Source of the DNA: an uncultured Pseudomonadota bacterium
GTDB taxonomy: Bacteria > Desulfobacterota > Syntrophorhabdia > Syntrophorhabdales > CAYQXL01
Reading direction: 5' to 3'
Assembly (NCBI GenBank): GCA_964651435.1
Contig: CAZYVU010000010.1
Coordinates: 11,392-75,391, forward strand
Length of the DNA: 64,000 nucleotides
Shown here: positions 53,961-62,156 of the stretch, piece by piece
How positions within the stretch are numbered: the first letter of the stretch is position 1
Layout of the letters: the number at the start of each line of letters is the position of its first letter
Notes under the pieces: generated by a model
The model's database searches: none
Told to the model about the DNA's origin: nothing
What the model saw: only the letters and a program-made list of their open reading frames with translations
Position numbers and translations under genes: made by a program

Positions 53961-54221
53961 GGGAGAGGGCCGCCTCGGACATCCTTTCGCTCATCTGCCA
54001 AGAACAAGTGCCAAACGGTCAGGTACTGGAGCGGCAAGTTCGCCGCTGCGATGTCCCGTTCCCTGGGGGAGTCGCGAGACACTCCTGATGGGCCGGCACC
54101 CGTTCTAAGAGATTGGGTTCGTACCAGAACCGCATGTCAAACCCACACCGTTGCCATAGTGGCAGTCCTGCGTTGCTACTGAGCCATCATCACAGCCTGT
54201 CATTCCGCTGCCCGTTGCTAC

Positions 54222-54368
54222 CTAGACCGTCGGCATACACCATCCCGAAGCCGAAACGCCATCTCCGTTGGAGCAGTGTCCATCATTGACCGCATCAGAA
54301 CCACTTATGCACTGTCCCACGGCGAGTCTACTGGAAAGCGAAATACATTGCGGCACTTCGTATCGCAT
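54222..54368 (-). CDS. Small Cys-periodic peptide (48 aa; continues in frame past a TAG to 54105)
   Basis: GGGGAG RBS then ATG at 54368, giving MRYEVPQCISLSSRLAVGQCISGSDAVNDGHCSNGDGVSASGWCMPTV. Cys residues fall at 8, 20, 32 and 44. A promoter-like element lies upstream. Confidence 0.45.
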   Translation of the reverse strand: MRYEVPQCISLSSRLAVGQCISGSDAVNDGHCSNGDGVSASGWCMPTV

Positions 54369-54407
54369 AGCTACTCCCCCTTTCCCCTTGACCTCATTGA
54401 AGAGCAA

Positions 54408-54521
54408 CGTATGTTTTGAAAATAGCAGCGATTTTACCGATCGTCAAGGGATAGTTTTCCCCTTCCCTGTTTCCCAATGCGTACAACAGAACTTTTTTCT
54501 GCGGTTAGAACCCGGTTAGAA
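54408..54521. repeat. 114-bp direct repeat, copy A (partner at 58555-58668)
   Basis: CGTATGTTTTGAAAATAGCAGCGATTTTAYCGATCGTYAAGGGATAGTTTTCCCC ... TTCTGCGGTTAGAACCCGGTTAGAA is shared. The ends are nearly identical and the middle is diverged. Weaker similarity extends ~37 bp further left in both copies. Confidence 0.9.
54419..54447 (-). promoter_or_regulatory. Putative sigma70-type promoter (TTGACG-N17-TATTTT) for the peptide gene
   Basis: On the minus strand the -35 is at 54447-54442 and the -10 at 54424-54419. Upstream are two TTCTAACCG direct repeats with 11-bp period (plus-strand CGGTTAGAA at 54502-54510 and 54513-54521). Confidence 0.45.
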
Positions 54522-54576
54522 TCTCTCTCCTGCACCAAAAACGTCCCGGGAACTTTCCCTGAGCCGTTGTCTGCGT

Positions 54577-54626
54577 TGGTTGCGGGGATTGGATTTGAAC
54601 CAATGACCATCGGGGATGAGCCGGTT
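54577..54626 (-). pseudogene. tRNA-fMet-like 3' half remnant (anticodon arm to CCA), no 5' half
   Basis: Minus-sense AACCGGCTCATCCCCGATGGTCATTGGTTCAAATCCAATCCCCGCAACCA. The T-arm ATTGG-TTCAAAT-CCAAT and the 3' end CCCCGCAACCA mirror the initiator tRNA 3' end. A CAT anticodon lies in a degenerate loop. No matching CGCGGGG 5' strand occurs within 350 nt. Confidence 0.6.
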
Positions 54627-55065
54627 AAGTGACCTTAAATCAAGCAATGACAGGTATCGCGAGGAGAGACCACGACTTACCCCTGCTCTACGGTGTGTCG
54701 TGAGATTGGTCTTTGTGGATGACAAAAAGACATTTTTCAGGAATACTCAAAATGGTATAGTTTTGGATATCAATAATGCCGACGGACTCTCTATATGAAC
54801 GCGGGCTCAAGGGAAAGAGTTGCCCATGCATATTAGATTAAAGATCCGGGAGCCCTCCGGGATTGTTGGTATCTACAAGAAGCGCTCACTATACCTATCC
54901 ATGACGGGGTACCGATAATTATGCCCGAAATGAAAGAAGATCTGTCGGTTGAGTCTTCAGAGGAGGATTAGGTTTTGTCCGTAGAAACCGAAGACCCCAT
55001 TGGGACAAACGCCTGAGGCTTATTCAACAATTGGTTGCGGCTCATTGCAGAGACAGGAGGAATCC

Positions 55066-57432
55066 ATGGATAAAGACATCACTCAGGGTCGGTTTGACGG
55101 CCTGTCGCGTCGAAGATTTCTTGCAATGCTGGGGGCTGCCGGCGCAACTCTTGCTGCATACAAGATCGGTGCAAAGAGGGCGTCTGCCGCCGAGAGTATT
55201 GAACCCGTTTCCGTTCAGGACGTACAACAGGGCGAGGACATCTTTGCATACATAAAGAGAATGAAAGGCGGTTTTGATCAGAGATTCTTCCAGCAGGTTA
55301 TCGGCGCCGCCAATGAGTTCAAAGAAGGAGACTTGACGATCGGAGTAGGTGCTAAGGATGACGCTGCCCGTCACAATGCCCGCGCTCTTCTGTCGAGCAC
55401 GAAGATCAAAGACCTCTATGAGCATCCCCTTCTCGTAGACAGCCTCCAGAAATTGATCTGGCAGACTACCGACCAGGCCCGGTATGCCGAGATTAAAGAG
55501 TGGACCATGGGGCGGTTGAAAGAATTTCTCCTTACACAGCCCGAGGTCGAGATTAAAGCCATTATGGCTGGTCTCACAAGCGACACCATCGGCTGCGTGC
55601 CCAAGCTGATGACCAATGAAGAGCTTATAAAACTGAGTCAAAAGATCTTCAACGTGCTGCCCGGCGCCAAAATAGGGGCAAAAGGCTACATGGGCGCCCG
55701 CATCCAGCCCAATTCACCAACAGACCATCCCGATGATGTGGCGTGGCAGGTTTTTGACGCATTTTCCTATGCAACTGGTGATATCGTCATCGGGACCAAC
55801 CCCGTCGACAGCCAGGTCAAGAATAACCTTGCGGTGCAAAAGACCCTCAGAGAGATTGTGGAAGCATTCCAACTCCAGGATACGATCCCCTGGTGCGTGC
55901 TTGCCCATATCGACGTGCAGGCAGAGGTGAGAAAACAATATCCCGGAATGGTCGAAACGATGTTCCAAAGCATCGCCGGAACGGATGACTGCAACAAGAC
56001 CTTCGATGTCACCGTTGATAAGATTCTGCATTATGCGAGATCGAAGAGGGGCGAAAGATACGGGCTTTACTTCGAGACAGGGCAGGGTTCCGAGTTCACC
56101 AACGGGGCGGCAAAGGGCGTCGATATGATGGTGCTCGAGTCCCGTAAATACGGTTTTTCCAGGGCCGTCGGCATGGAGCTGGCCAAAGTTCAGCCCAAAG
56201 GCGCCTGGCTCCACGTCAATGATGTGGCAGGCTTTATCGGGCCTGAAGTCTTCAAGACACGCGATCAATTGGTGCGGTGCTGCCTTGAAGACCTGGCAAT
56301 GGGCAAACTCCATGGACTGACTATCGGCCTCGATATTTGTTCCACCCTTCACATGACAGTGAGTTTGGATGATCTGGATTGGTGCCAGGATCAGATCATG
56401 CCGGCTAACCCCGTGTACCTCATTGCGCTGCCTACCAAGAACGATCCCATGCTTGGGTATCTGACAACGGCCTTTCAGGACCATGTTCGCTTGAGAGATA
56501 GATTCGGCTATAAAGTTGACGATGCAATGTGGAGTTTCTATAAAAGGATCGGGATCGTCGATAAGAACAACGGATATACAGGCCATTTCGGGGATCCGCT
56601 CTGGGTCTATTACCAGTATTGTCTTGCCAAGGAAGACGCACGCTCGAAGGACGCCATCTATGCCGAGGGGAAACGAAAAATGAAAGAGGTGGAGGAGAGA
56701 GGCGTTGATTTGGCCACCGGTCATGGCAAACATCTCTGGGATCTCAATCCCGAACTGGCGGCCAAAGTTACAACGCTCTACCATGATGCAAAAAAATGTA
56801 TCCGGACGGAACTCACCCCCGAGTTCGTAAAAACAATACCCAATGCGTTGCCGATCAAGACTCTATCCGGGAGCCGCGATGAGTACATTTCCCACCCCGA
56901 AACAGGTGAAAAGTTACGCCCTCAGTCGATAACGGCCCTGGTAAAACTGAGAGATTCCTGGGTAGACCCGGCTAACCCGGTCAAAGGCCAAATCGTCATT
57001 TCCGACGGTCTGAACGCCAACGCCATTATGGACGAGAACCACCTTGCCCCGTATCTCGCTGAAATACGAAAACTCTTTGCCGAGGCCGGCGTTACGCTGA
57101 GCAATACAAACATCGTCGTCACCGGAGGAAGGGTCCGCGCAGGATACAGGATTGGGGAGCTGCTCTTTGAAAAGTCGAACGCCAACGAGTTTAGAGCCGT
57201 CCTGCACATCATCGGCGAACGGCCCGGAACCATGCATCATTCCTATTCCGTCTACATCACGGTTGTAAGGGGCAGCGTGTGGGCGCAGAAAAAAATCGAC
57301 CATGACATAACAAAGGTCGTCTCCAATATCGCCGATACGGCCTTACCGCCCAAGGAAGCGGCTCGGGAGACGTTGATGATCATACGGGAGCTGGTAGGGA
57401 AAGAAGCCCATAACAGCCGCCGCCTCCGCTGA
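55066..57432 (+). CDS. Ethanolamine ammonia-lyase-like EutB-EutC fusion with an N-terminal twin-arginine (Tat) signal
   Basis: Tat signal SRRRFLAMLGAAGATLAA...ASAAE. The EutB part has ARIQPN, GDIVIGTNPV, VLAHI, LYFETGQGSEF, GFIGPEV and YLTTAFQDH. The EutC part has VISDGLNANAI, GGRVRAGYRIGELL, IIGERPG and VSNI. AGGAGG RBS before the ATG at 55066. Confidence 0.85.
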   Translation: MDKDITQGRFDGLSRRRFLAMLGAAGATLAAYKIGAKRASAAESIEPVSVQDVQQGEDIFAYIKRMKGGFDQRFFQQVIGAANEFKEGDLTIGVGAKDDAARHNARALLSSTKIKDLYEHPLLVDSLQKLIWQTTDQARYAEIKEWTMGRLKEFLLTQPEVEIKAIMAGLTSDTIGCVPKLMTNEELIKLSQKIFNVLPGAKIGAKGYMGARIQPNSPTDHPDDVAWQVFDAFSYATGDIVIGTNPVDSQVKNNLAVQKTLREIVEAFQLQDTIPWCVLAHIDVQAEVRKQYPGMVETMFQSIAGTDDCNKTFDVTVDKILHYARSKRGERYGLYFETGQGSEFTNGAAKGVDMMVLESRKYGFSRAVGMELAKVQPKGAWLHVNDVAGFIGPEVFKTRDQLVRCCLEDLAMGKLHGLTIGLDICSTLHMTVSLDDLDWCQDQIMPANPVYLIALPTKNDPMLGYLTTAFQDHVRLRDRFGYKVDDAMWSFYKRIGIVDKNNGYTGHFGDPLWVYYQYCLAKEDARSKDAIYAEGKRKMKEVEERGVDLATGHGKHLWDLNPELAAKVTTLYHDAKKCIRTELTPEFVKTIPNALPIKTLSGSRDEYISHPETGEKLRPQSITALVKLRDSWVDPANPVKGQIVISDGLNANAIMDENHLAPYLAEIRKLFAEAGVTLSNTNIVVTGGRVRAGYRIGELLFEKSNANEFRAVLHIIGERPGTMHHSYSVYITVVRGSVWAQKKIDHDITKVVSNIADTALPPKEAARETLMIIRELVGKEAHNSRRLR

Positions 57433-57487
57433 GAATACATGCAAGGCCGAAGGCACAGGCCAAGGCGGTGAACAGAGGAAGCCGGCA

Positions 57488-58519
57488 ATGAAAGAAGAGG
57501 CGCAGATGAATGCCCTTTGTGTATCAATTGTTTTCGCATTATTTCTGGCAGGTTTTGCCATCCCCGGCGACTCGTACGGAAAAGATGAGGCGGTGCGGTA
57601 TGCTGTTGTGGACAACCACATCCACTTCCTCGATTTTGTCCAGGAAACGGACGGCTTCGAACGGCTCATTCAGGCCATGGACAAGGCCGGCGTTGAGAAG
57701 GCGGTCATCTTCGGTGTGCCGGTCGTAAAAACCTGGACAGAGGCAGACCCGGTTCGGCCGGTCTACTACCTTGACACGGATTCTCCCGCTTACTATTTCA
57801 GCGGCACAGACTTCATCCTTGCCCACGACCTCTCACGGCAACCGCCCGAGGTAAGGAGAAGATTCTTCCCCTTTCTGTGCGGATTCAACCCCGTAGACAT
57901 GAACGCTGCAAAGCAGATCGAGTTGATGCTGAAGACGTACCCGGGGTTCTGGAGGGGCATCGGCGAGATCATGTCTCGCCACGACGAATTGACCGCCTTC
58001 ATCCATGGTCAGACCCCCCGTGCGGACCACCCGGCGCTGATGCTCGTCTACAAGTTTGCAGCCGCTCAAGGGCTCCCCGTTCTTATCCACCATAACATCT
58101 CCTCCGCCCGGAAGGAAGATCCTATCTATTTGAGAGAACTGGAGCATGCCATACGGGAAAATCCCCGGACGGTCTTTATCTGGGCGCATGGCGGTATCTC
58201 GCGGCGCCTTGAGGTCCCCTCTTTGCTCACCGATCTCAGGAGAATGCTATCGGCTTACCCGAACCTCTCCATCGATATCTCGTGGGTCATTTACCCTGAC
58301 TATATAGCAAAAGACAAAGAATCAATGGCGAGGTGGGTCGCTTTCATAGAAGAGTTCCCGGACAGGGTCGTGATCGGCTCCGATATGGTCGGGCACTGGA
58401 AAACATATCCCCGGGAAATCATGAAGTACTACCGCCTGCTCGACTCCCTCAAGCCCGCCACGGCGGAGAAAGTTGCGAGAAGCAACATCCTGCGCCTCCT
58501 CGGCGAGAAGGCTCCTTAG
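57488..58519 (+). CDS. Periplasmic amidohydrolase (TIM-barrel metal-dependent hydrolase)
   Basis: Sec-type signal NALCVSIVFALFLAGFAIPG. VVDNHIHFLDF (HxH metal motif), LIHHN, FIWAHGG and VIGSDM. Confidence 0.8.
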   Translation: MKEEAQMNALCVSIVFALFLAGFAIPGDSYGKDEAVRYAVVDNHIHFLDFVQETDGFERLIQAMDKAGVEKAVIFGVPVVKTWTEADPVRPVYYLDTDSPAYYFSGTDFILAHDLSRQPPEVRRRFFPFLCGFNPVDMNAAKQIELMLKTYPGFWRGIGEIMSRHDELTAFIHGQTPRADHPALMLVYKFAAAQGLPVLIHHNISSARKEDPIYLRELEHAIRENPRTVFIWAHGGISRRLEVPSLLTDLRRMLSAYPNLSIDISWVIYPDYIAKDKESMARWVAFIEEFPDRVVIGSDMVGHWKTYPREIMKYYRLLDSLKPATAEKVARSNILRLLGEKAP

Positions 58520-58554
58520 CTGCTCCCCCTTCCCTCCATTTCATTAAGGAGTAC

Positions 58555-58668
58555 CGTATGTTTTGAAAATAGCAGCGATTTTATCGATCGTTAAGGGATA
58601 GTTTTCCCCCTCTCTGCACGTCAATGCATACAAGAAAACTTCTTTCTGCGGTTAGAACCCGGTTAGAA
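58555..58668. repeat. 114-bp direct repeat, copy B
   Basis: See copy A. It carries the same promoter-like hexamers (TTAACG-N17-TATTTT on minus, 58594-58566), pointing antisense into the amidohydrolase gene. Confidence 0.9.
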
Positions 58669-58673
58669 CAGGA

Positions 58674-59204
58674 TCACTTCCCCGGCAGCGTGTAGGTCCA
58701 GGTAAAATCGCTAAAGACCCGTGCAGCCTCTTTTTCTCCTGGCGGGAAATTTCTGCCCGTAGCAGAGCCCGTTCCTTTGATCCCTTCAAAACGTCCTGTC
58801 CCTTTGACGAATTCGCTGGTAGTCTTGGCGGAGTAAGTTCCGCTGCTGTCGGGAACGAGCAGCCGCTTGCTTCGGTTGACGACGGTGGAACCATCATCGA
58901 AGGTCCAAATGTTGTACGTGATTGCCTGAGAACTTTTTCCCGGCATCATGTCGATAACGCTGTGGCTTCTCAGCTTTGCCACGTCTCCGTTCTCGAAGAA
59001 CGCCAAGCCTTCATATACTGCCAACTCAAGGTGATGCCCGGGTTCGTCGTTCACTGCGATTGTCTCGTCTTTCGTAGCCGTGGCGACACTCCTCCCCTTA
59101 AGCGTCTCGGCCGCCTGCGCCAGAGCGCCAAGCAGGAAGCCTGCTATAACCACGATGCTTATGAAACCCAGAACTGCGCCCTTCGCCTTCATTCCTCTCT
59201 TCAT
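58674..59204 (-). CDS. Secreted hypothetical protein (176 aa)
   Basis: Strong RBS GAAAGGAGGAAGAACC before the ATG at 59204. Signal peptide AVLGFISIVVIAGFLLGALAQA. No diagnostic motif. Confidence 0.65.
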   Translation of the reverse strand: MKRGMKAKGAVLGFISIVVIAGFLLGALAQAAETLKGRSVATATKDETIAVNDEPGHHLELAVYEGLAFFENGDVAKLRSHSVIDMMPGKSSQAITYNIWTFDDGSTVVNRSKRLLVPDSSGTYSAKTTSEFVKGTGRFEGIKGTGSATGRNFPPGEKEAARVFSDFTWTYTLPGK

Positions 59205-59463
59205 GGTTCTTCCTCCTTTCTCGGTTAACACTCAGAAAACATATTCTTCCCGCATACCGCTCAATGGAAACGAGAATCGCCGAAGCCGGTAGGGGGTGCA
59301 GAATAACTCTTGTCGATCGGTCACAGCCTCTATTTCTTGCACTCCCGATATCGTTCTCGAAGTATAACTCAACTTGTTGGTGGGTGCGTGATTGATAATG
59401 GCGTGAGAAATGAATTTGTCAATATCATGTCACTGCGCCACAGATGCAAACCATTCTCCTCGA

Positions 59464-59612
59464 AAGGCAGGCCTCCATCATGTCTCGCTTCACAGCGCCA
59501 GACATACCAGCGCCGGCATGAGGACACATGCAGGCCAGAACATCAAGCGCGTATCGAGTCAGTTGGGGCATGCTTCGATCAAGAGATCACCCTCGACACC
59601 TACAGCAACCCG
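59464..59612 (+). pseudogene. Tyrosine recombinase/integrase C-terminal remnant, frameshifted
   Basis: KAGLHHVSLHSARHTSAG..AGQNIKRVSSQLGHASIK is read in one frame, followed by ITLDTYSNP in the -1 frame. This matches the box II region (H-x-x-R-H-T ... LGHasi..T..tY) of phage-type integrases. No N-terminal part is present. Confidence 0.65.
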
Positions 59613-59815
59613 TCTCAAGGTGTAGCGTCCATCAAGCAGCAGGTGGAGCTGCTGGGGGGATCGCAGCCACATCGAAAGAGGGCGACAAGTCCCAAGTTCA
59701 TTCTCCATTGATATGACCAAATACAGGAGCAGGCCAACCCGGACAGTTGCATCGGCGGATCAGGCGACGAGGCTCAGAGCATCAAGAAGCCTGAACCAGG
59801 GTGGATTGTCGACTT

Positions 59816-59841
59816 CCGCCGTTCACTTCGGCGGTTTATTT
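59816..59841 (+). terminator. Hairpin plus T-tract (plus-strand rho-independent terminator candidate) overlapping the mltF stop
   Basis: CCGCCG-TTCACTT-CGGCGG followed by TTTATTT. Confidence 0.4.
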
Positions 59842-61413
59842 ACTCTCGTCCTTCACTTCCTCAACGGCTCGCTTCTTCTCTTCCCGGGCATCCATGATGA
59901 GCCGGTAGGCAATGTAGTACTTGTAGATGTTACTTACATAGGTTACCGTTTCCGCGCCGATTTTCTCTGCGGCGACATATTCGACGTTGTGAAACCAGAC
60001 GTTTGGGTCCAGTCCGCGTTTCTCCGCCTCCCTGCGTAACTGCGAAATCCGACCCGCTCCCGCATTGTATGAAGCGAAGGCAAACAGGGCTTTGTCCAAC
60101 TGTGTCATCGGTTCTTTGCCGTAGTATTGATCGATCATCCAGCGCATGTATTTGACGCCTGCGTGGATGTTCGGCTCCACCTGGGCGATGTCCCCCACCC
60201 CGAGATCCTTGCCTGTTTCGGGCATGATCTGCATCACTCCAACGGCGCCCACCGAGCTGCGGGCGGCCTGATTGAGCTGGGATTCCTGATACCCCTGGGC
60301 GGCCATGAGCAGCCAGTCCACATCATATTGGTCTCCGTACTTCTGAAAATACTGGATCAAAGCAATGAATTTCCTGCGCTCAGCTTCAGAGGCGGCGTCC
60401 TTCACATACTTTGCACTCTTGAAGTACCGTGCCAGGATTCGACTCCCCACCGCCGTTTCTTGACCGTGGCGTTTCAAAAAATCGTCGAGGGCGGCCTTGA
60501 GGTGTGGGCTCCCCTTTCGGATAGCCCAACCGATATCTCCTCCGGCCCTCAGGGAAACCCCGTCGTGCACCATAATCCCCGGGAAGACCTGCTTCCAGAA
60601 AACCGCCTTATGACTGTCCACAACAATGAGAGAAACAAGGCCCGCGCTCACCATCTCGATGAGATCCTCGTCCTCCAGCGTCTCCGGAGCGTCCCTGAGG
60701 ATGACTGCCGGCTTTTTCTCTGTTGAGAAGCGCTTGTTAAGAGCAGTCAGGCTCTCGTAATAGCTCGAGGACTTACGGACGAAGACTTCCTTTCCGGCAA
60801 GGTCATCCAAGCTGGACACCTGAGGAGACGCAGGACCGGACACCAGCAGTTCTCTCACACCGGAGTAGACAGGCGAAGAGAAGTCTACCAGCTTCTGCCT
60901 TTCCGGGGTAACCGTGAGGTTGGCCGCGGCAATGTCCCCCTTGCCGGCAACGAGGGCGTTCAGCAATTCGTCCCTGGCCACGGGAATGAACAGCACCCGC
61001 ACCTTGAGATGCCTGTGTTTCAGCTTCTTCTGCTTTGCCAGTTTCTTGTTGAGGTCCTCCTCGAAGAGGCGAAACGCGTCGTAGGTCGCGCCGCGCTGGG
61101 TCGCCTTGTCGAGAAAATAGAAGGTCTTGCTGTACGCCGTCAGCACCCGGATGGTTCTCCGGTTGATCATTCCGTCGAGATCGCCTTTCCAGGGCTTCAT
61201 GGCTTCGGAAGGACTGAGGGTGAGCTCTTCACGTTGCTGCTTCTGAGCTAACGGCTTGGGCTTAGGAGCTGCATGAATGGGGCCGGCAAGAAGAAAGCAG
61301 AGAACGCACACGGTGGAGACAAGGGCCGCTAATGGCGCGATCGACAATGCAACCCTGCAGCATGTCGGCCTGCACAGAGCAGAGACAGGGTCCTGGGTGC
61401 GCCTGTTCAGCAT
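59836..61413 (-). CDS. mltF: Membrane-bound lytic murein transglycosylase F-like (SBP_bac_3 domain + SLT domain)
   Basis: The N-terminal half is periplasmic-binding-protein type 3-like (TIRVLTAYSKTFYF..). The C-terminal SLT domain has GYQESQLNQAARSSVGAVGVMQIMPETG and ASYNAGAGRI. Confidence 0.85.
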   Translation of the reverse strand: MLNRRTQDPVSALCRPTCCRVALSIAPLAALVSTVCVLCFLLAGPIHAAPKPKPLAQKQQREELTLSPSEAMKPWKGDLDGMINRRTIRVLTAYSKTFYFLDKATQRGATYDAFRLFEEDLNKKLAKQKKLKHRHLKVRVLFIPVARDELLNALVAGKGDIAAANLTVTPERQKLVDFSSPVYSGVRELLVSGPASPQVSSLDDLAGKEVFVRKSSSYYESLTALNKRFSTEKKPAVILRDAPETLEDEDLIEMVSAGLVSLIVVDSHKAVFWKQVFPGIMVHDGVSLRAGGDIGWAIRKGSPHLKAALDDFLKRHGQETAVGSRILARYFKSAKYVKDAASEAERRKFIALIQYFQKYGDQYDVDWLLMAAQGYQESQLNQAARSSVGAVGVMQIMPETGKDLGVGDIAQVEPNIHAGVKYMRWMIDQYYGKEPMTQLDKALFAFASYNAGAGRISQLRREAEKRGLDPNVWFHNVEYVAAEKIGAETVTYVSNIYKYYIAYRLIMDAREEKKRAVEEVKDESK

Positions 61414-61580
61414 CTAAACGTATTACTATTCCCGGAAGCAGATATCAAGCCAAAAGTTTGAAAGCCGTGTTGCTCATTACATGTCGGTGTTCATCCCTGT
61501 CTATCGGTAACACGTTCGCCTCGGTCTTGCCTTTGAACAGCAGCAGAGCGCGCCTGTTCACCGGCTGCCTCATTTCAAAA

Positions 61581-62096
61581 TCACTTTTGATCCTTACTGC
61601 TTATCTGCGCAAACGTCGATTTGATGAATTCGAGTACCGTTGCCGAAAGGTTCTTGAAGAGGTCTTGCAGCGAATCTTCGTAATCGCTGACGGTAGCCAC
61701 TTGAATGTTCCCTGTCTTTCCTTTCTCAACGATGGATTCTTTGCGGACTATCTGGGACCCTTTATTCAGTTGGAGTTCGCCGTGCATCGTCGAATCAATG
61801 CCGGCATTCCAGAAGCCTATTCTCGCGCGAGAGTCCAACGAGAGAATCCTCCCAGACAACACAAATTCGCTATCATTCACCAGTTTAATGCCTGCATTTT
61901 CAGCCGTTTTCCTAACCACTTCAGCAACAAAATCAACTACAGCGACATCCTCGCTCGTCAGTCTCCCCATGGACTGCCCCATATTGCTGTTTTTGTAATA
62001 CACAAATTTCGGATCATCCACCTTTCTCGAATCTGTGAAAGTTTTTACGGTAATTGCAGGTATTGAATCGAGCTTCTCAACCGTGATTCCTGGCAT
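61581..62096 (-). CDS. Hypothetical protein (171 aa)
   Basis: GAGGGG RBS before the ATG at 62096. AT-richer coding region with no motif recognised. Confidence 0.5.
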   Translation of the reverse strand: MPGITVEKLDSIPAITVKTFTDSRKVDDPKFVYYKNSNMGQSMGRLTSEDVAVVDFVAEVVRKTAENAGIKLVNDSEFVLSGRILSLDSRARIGFWNAGIDSTMHGELQLNKGSQIVRKESIVEKGKTGNIQVATVSDYEDSLQDLFKNLSATVLEFIKSTFAQISSKDQK

Positions 62097-62156
62097 CCAG
62101 CCCCTCGCGAGGGCCTACGAGAATGCCTTCGGATAGGATGGATAGGCTAAGCGGAC

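Noticed and set aside
54577-54690. A complete tRNA (or tmRNA 3' end) on the minus strand
   Set aside because: The acceptor 5' strand (CGCGGGG/TGCGGGG) and the D-arm are absent within 350 nt. GCAGGGG at the 110-nt position pairs at only 4 of 7 positions. Anticodon-loop position 37 is C.
54627-55065. A cobalamin riboswitch upstream of the B12-dependent EutBC-like gene
   Set aside because: No B12-box (GCCACUG core) or the flanking conserved GGGAA/GGUG elements are seen in the AT-rich leader. This needs a covariance-model scan to exclude it fully.
55714-56784. 356-aa minus-strand ORF
   Set aside because: It is antisense to the EutB domain, which matches the family motif by motif.
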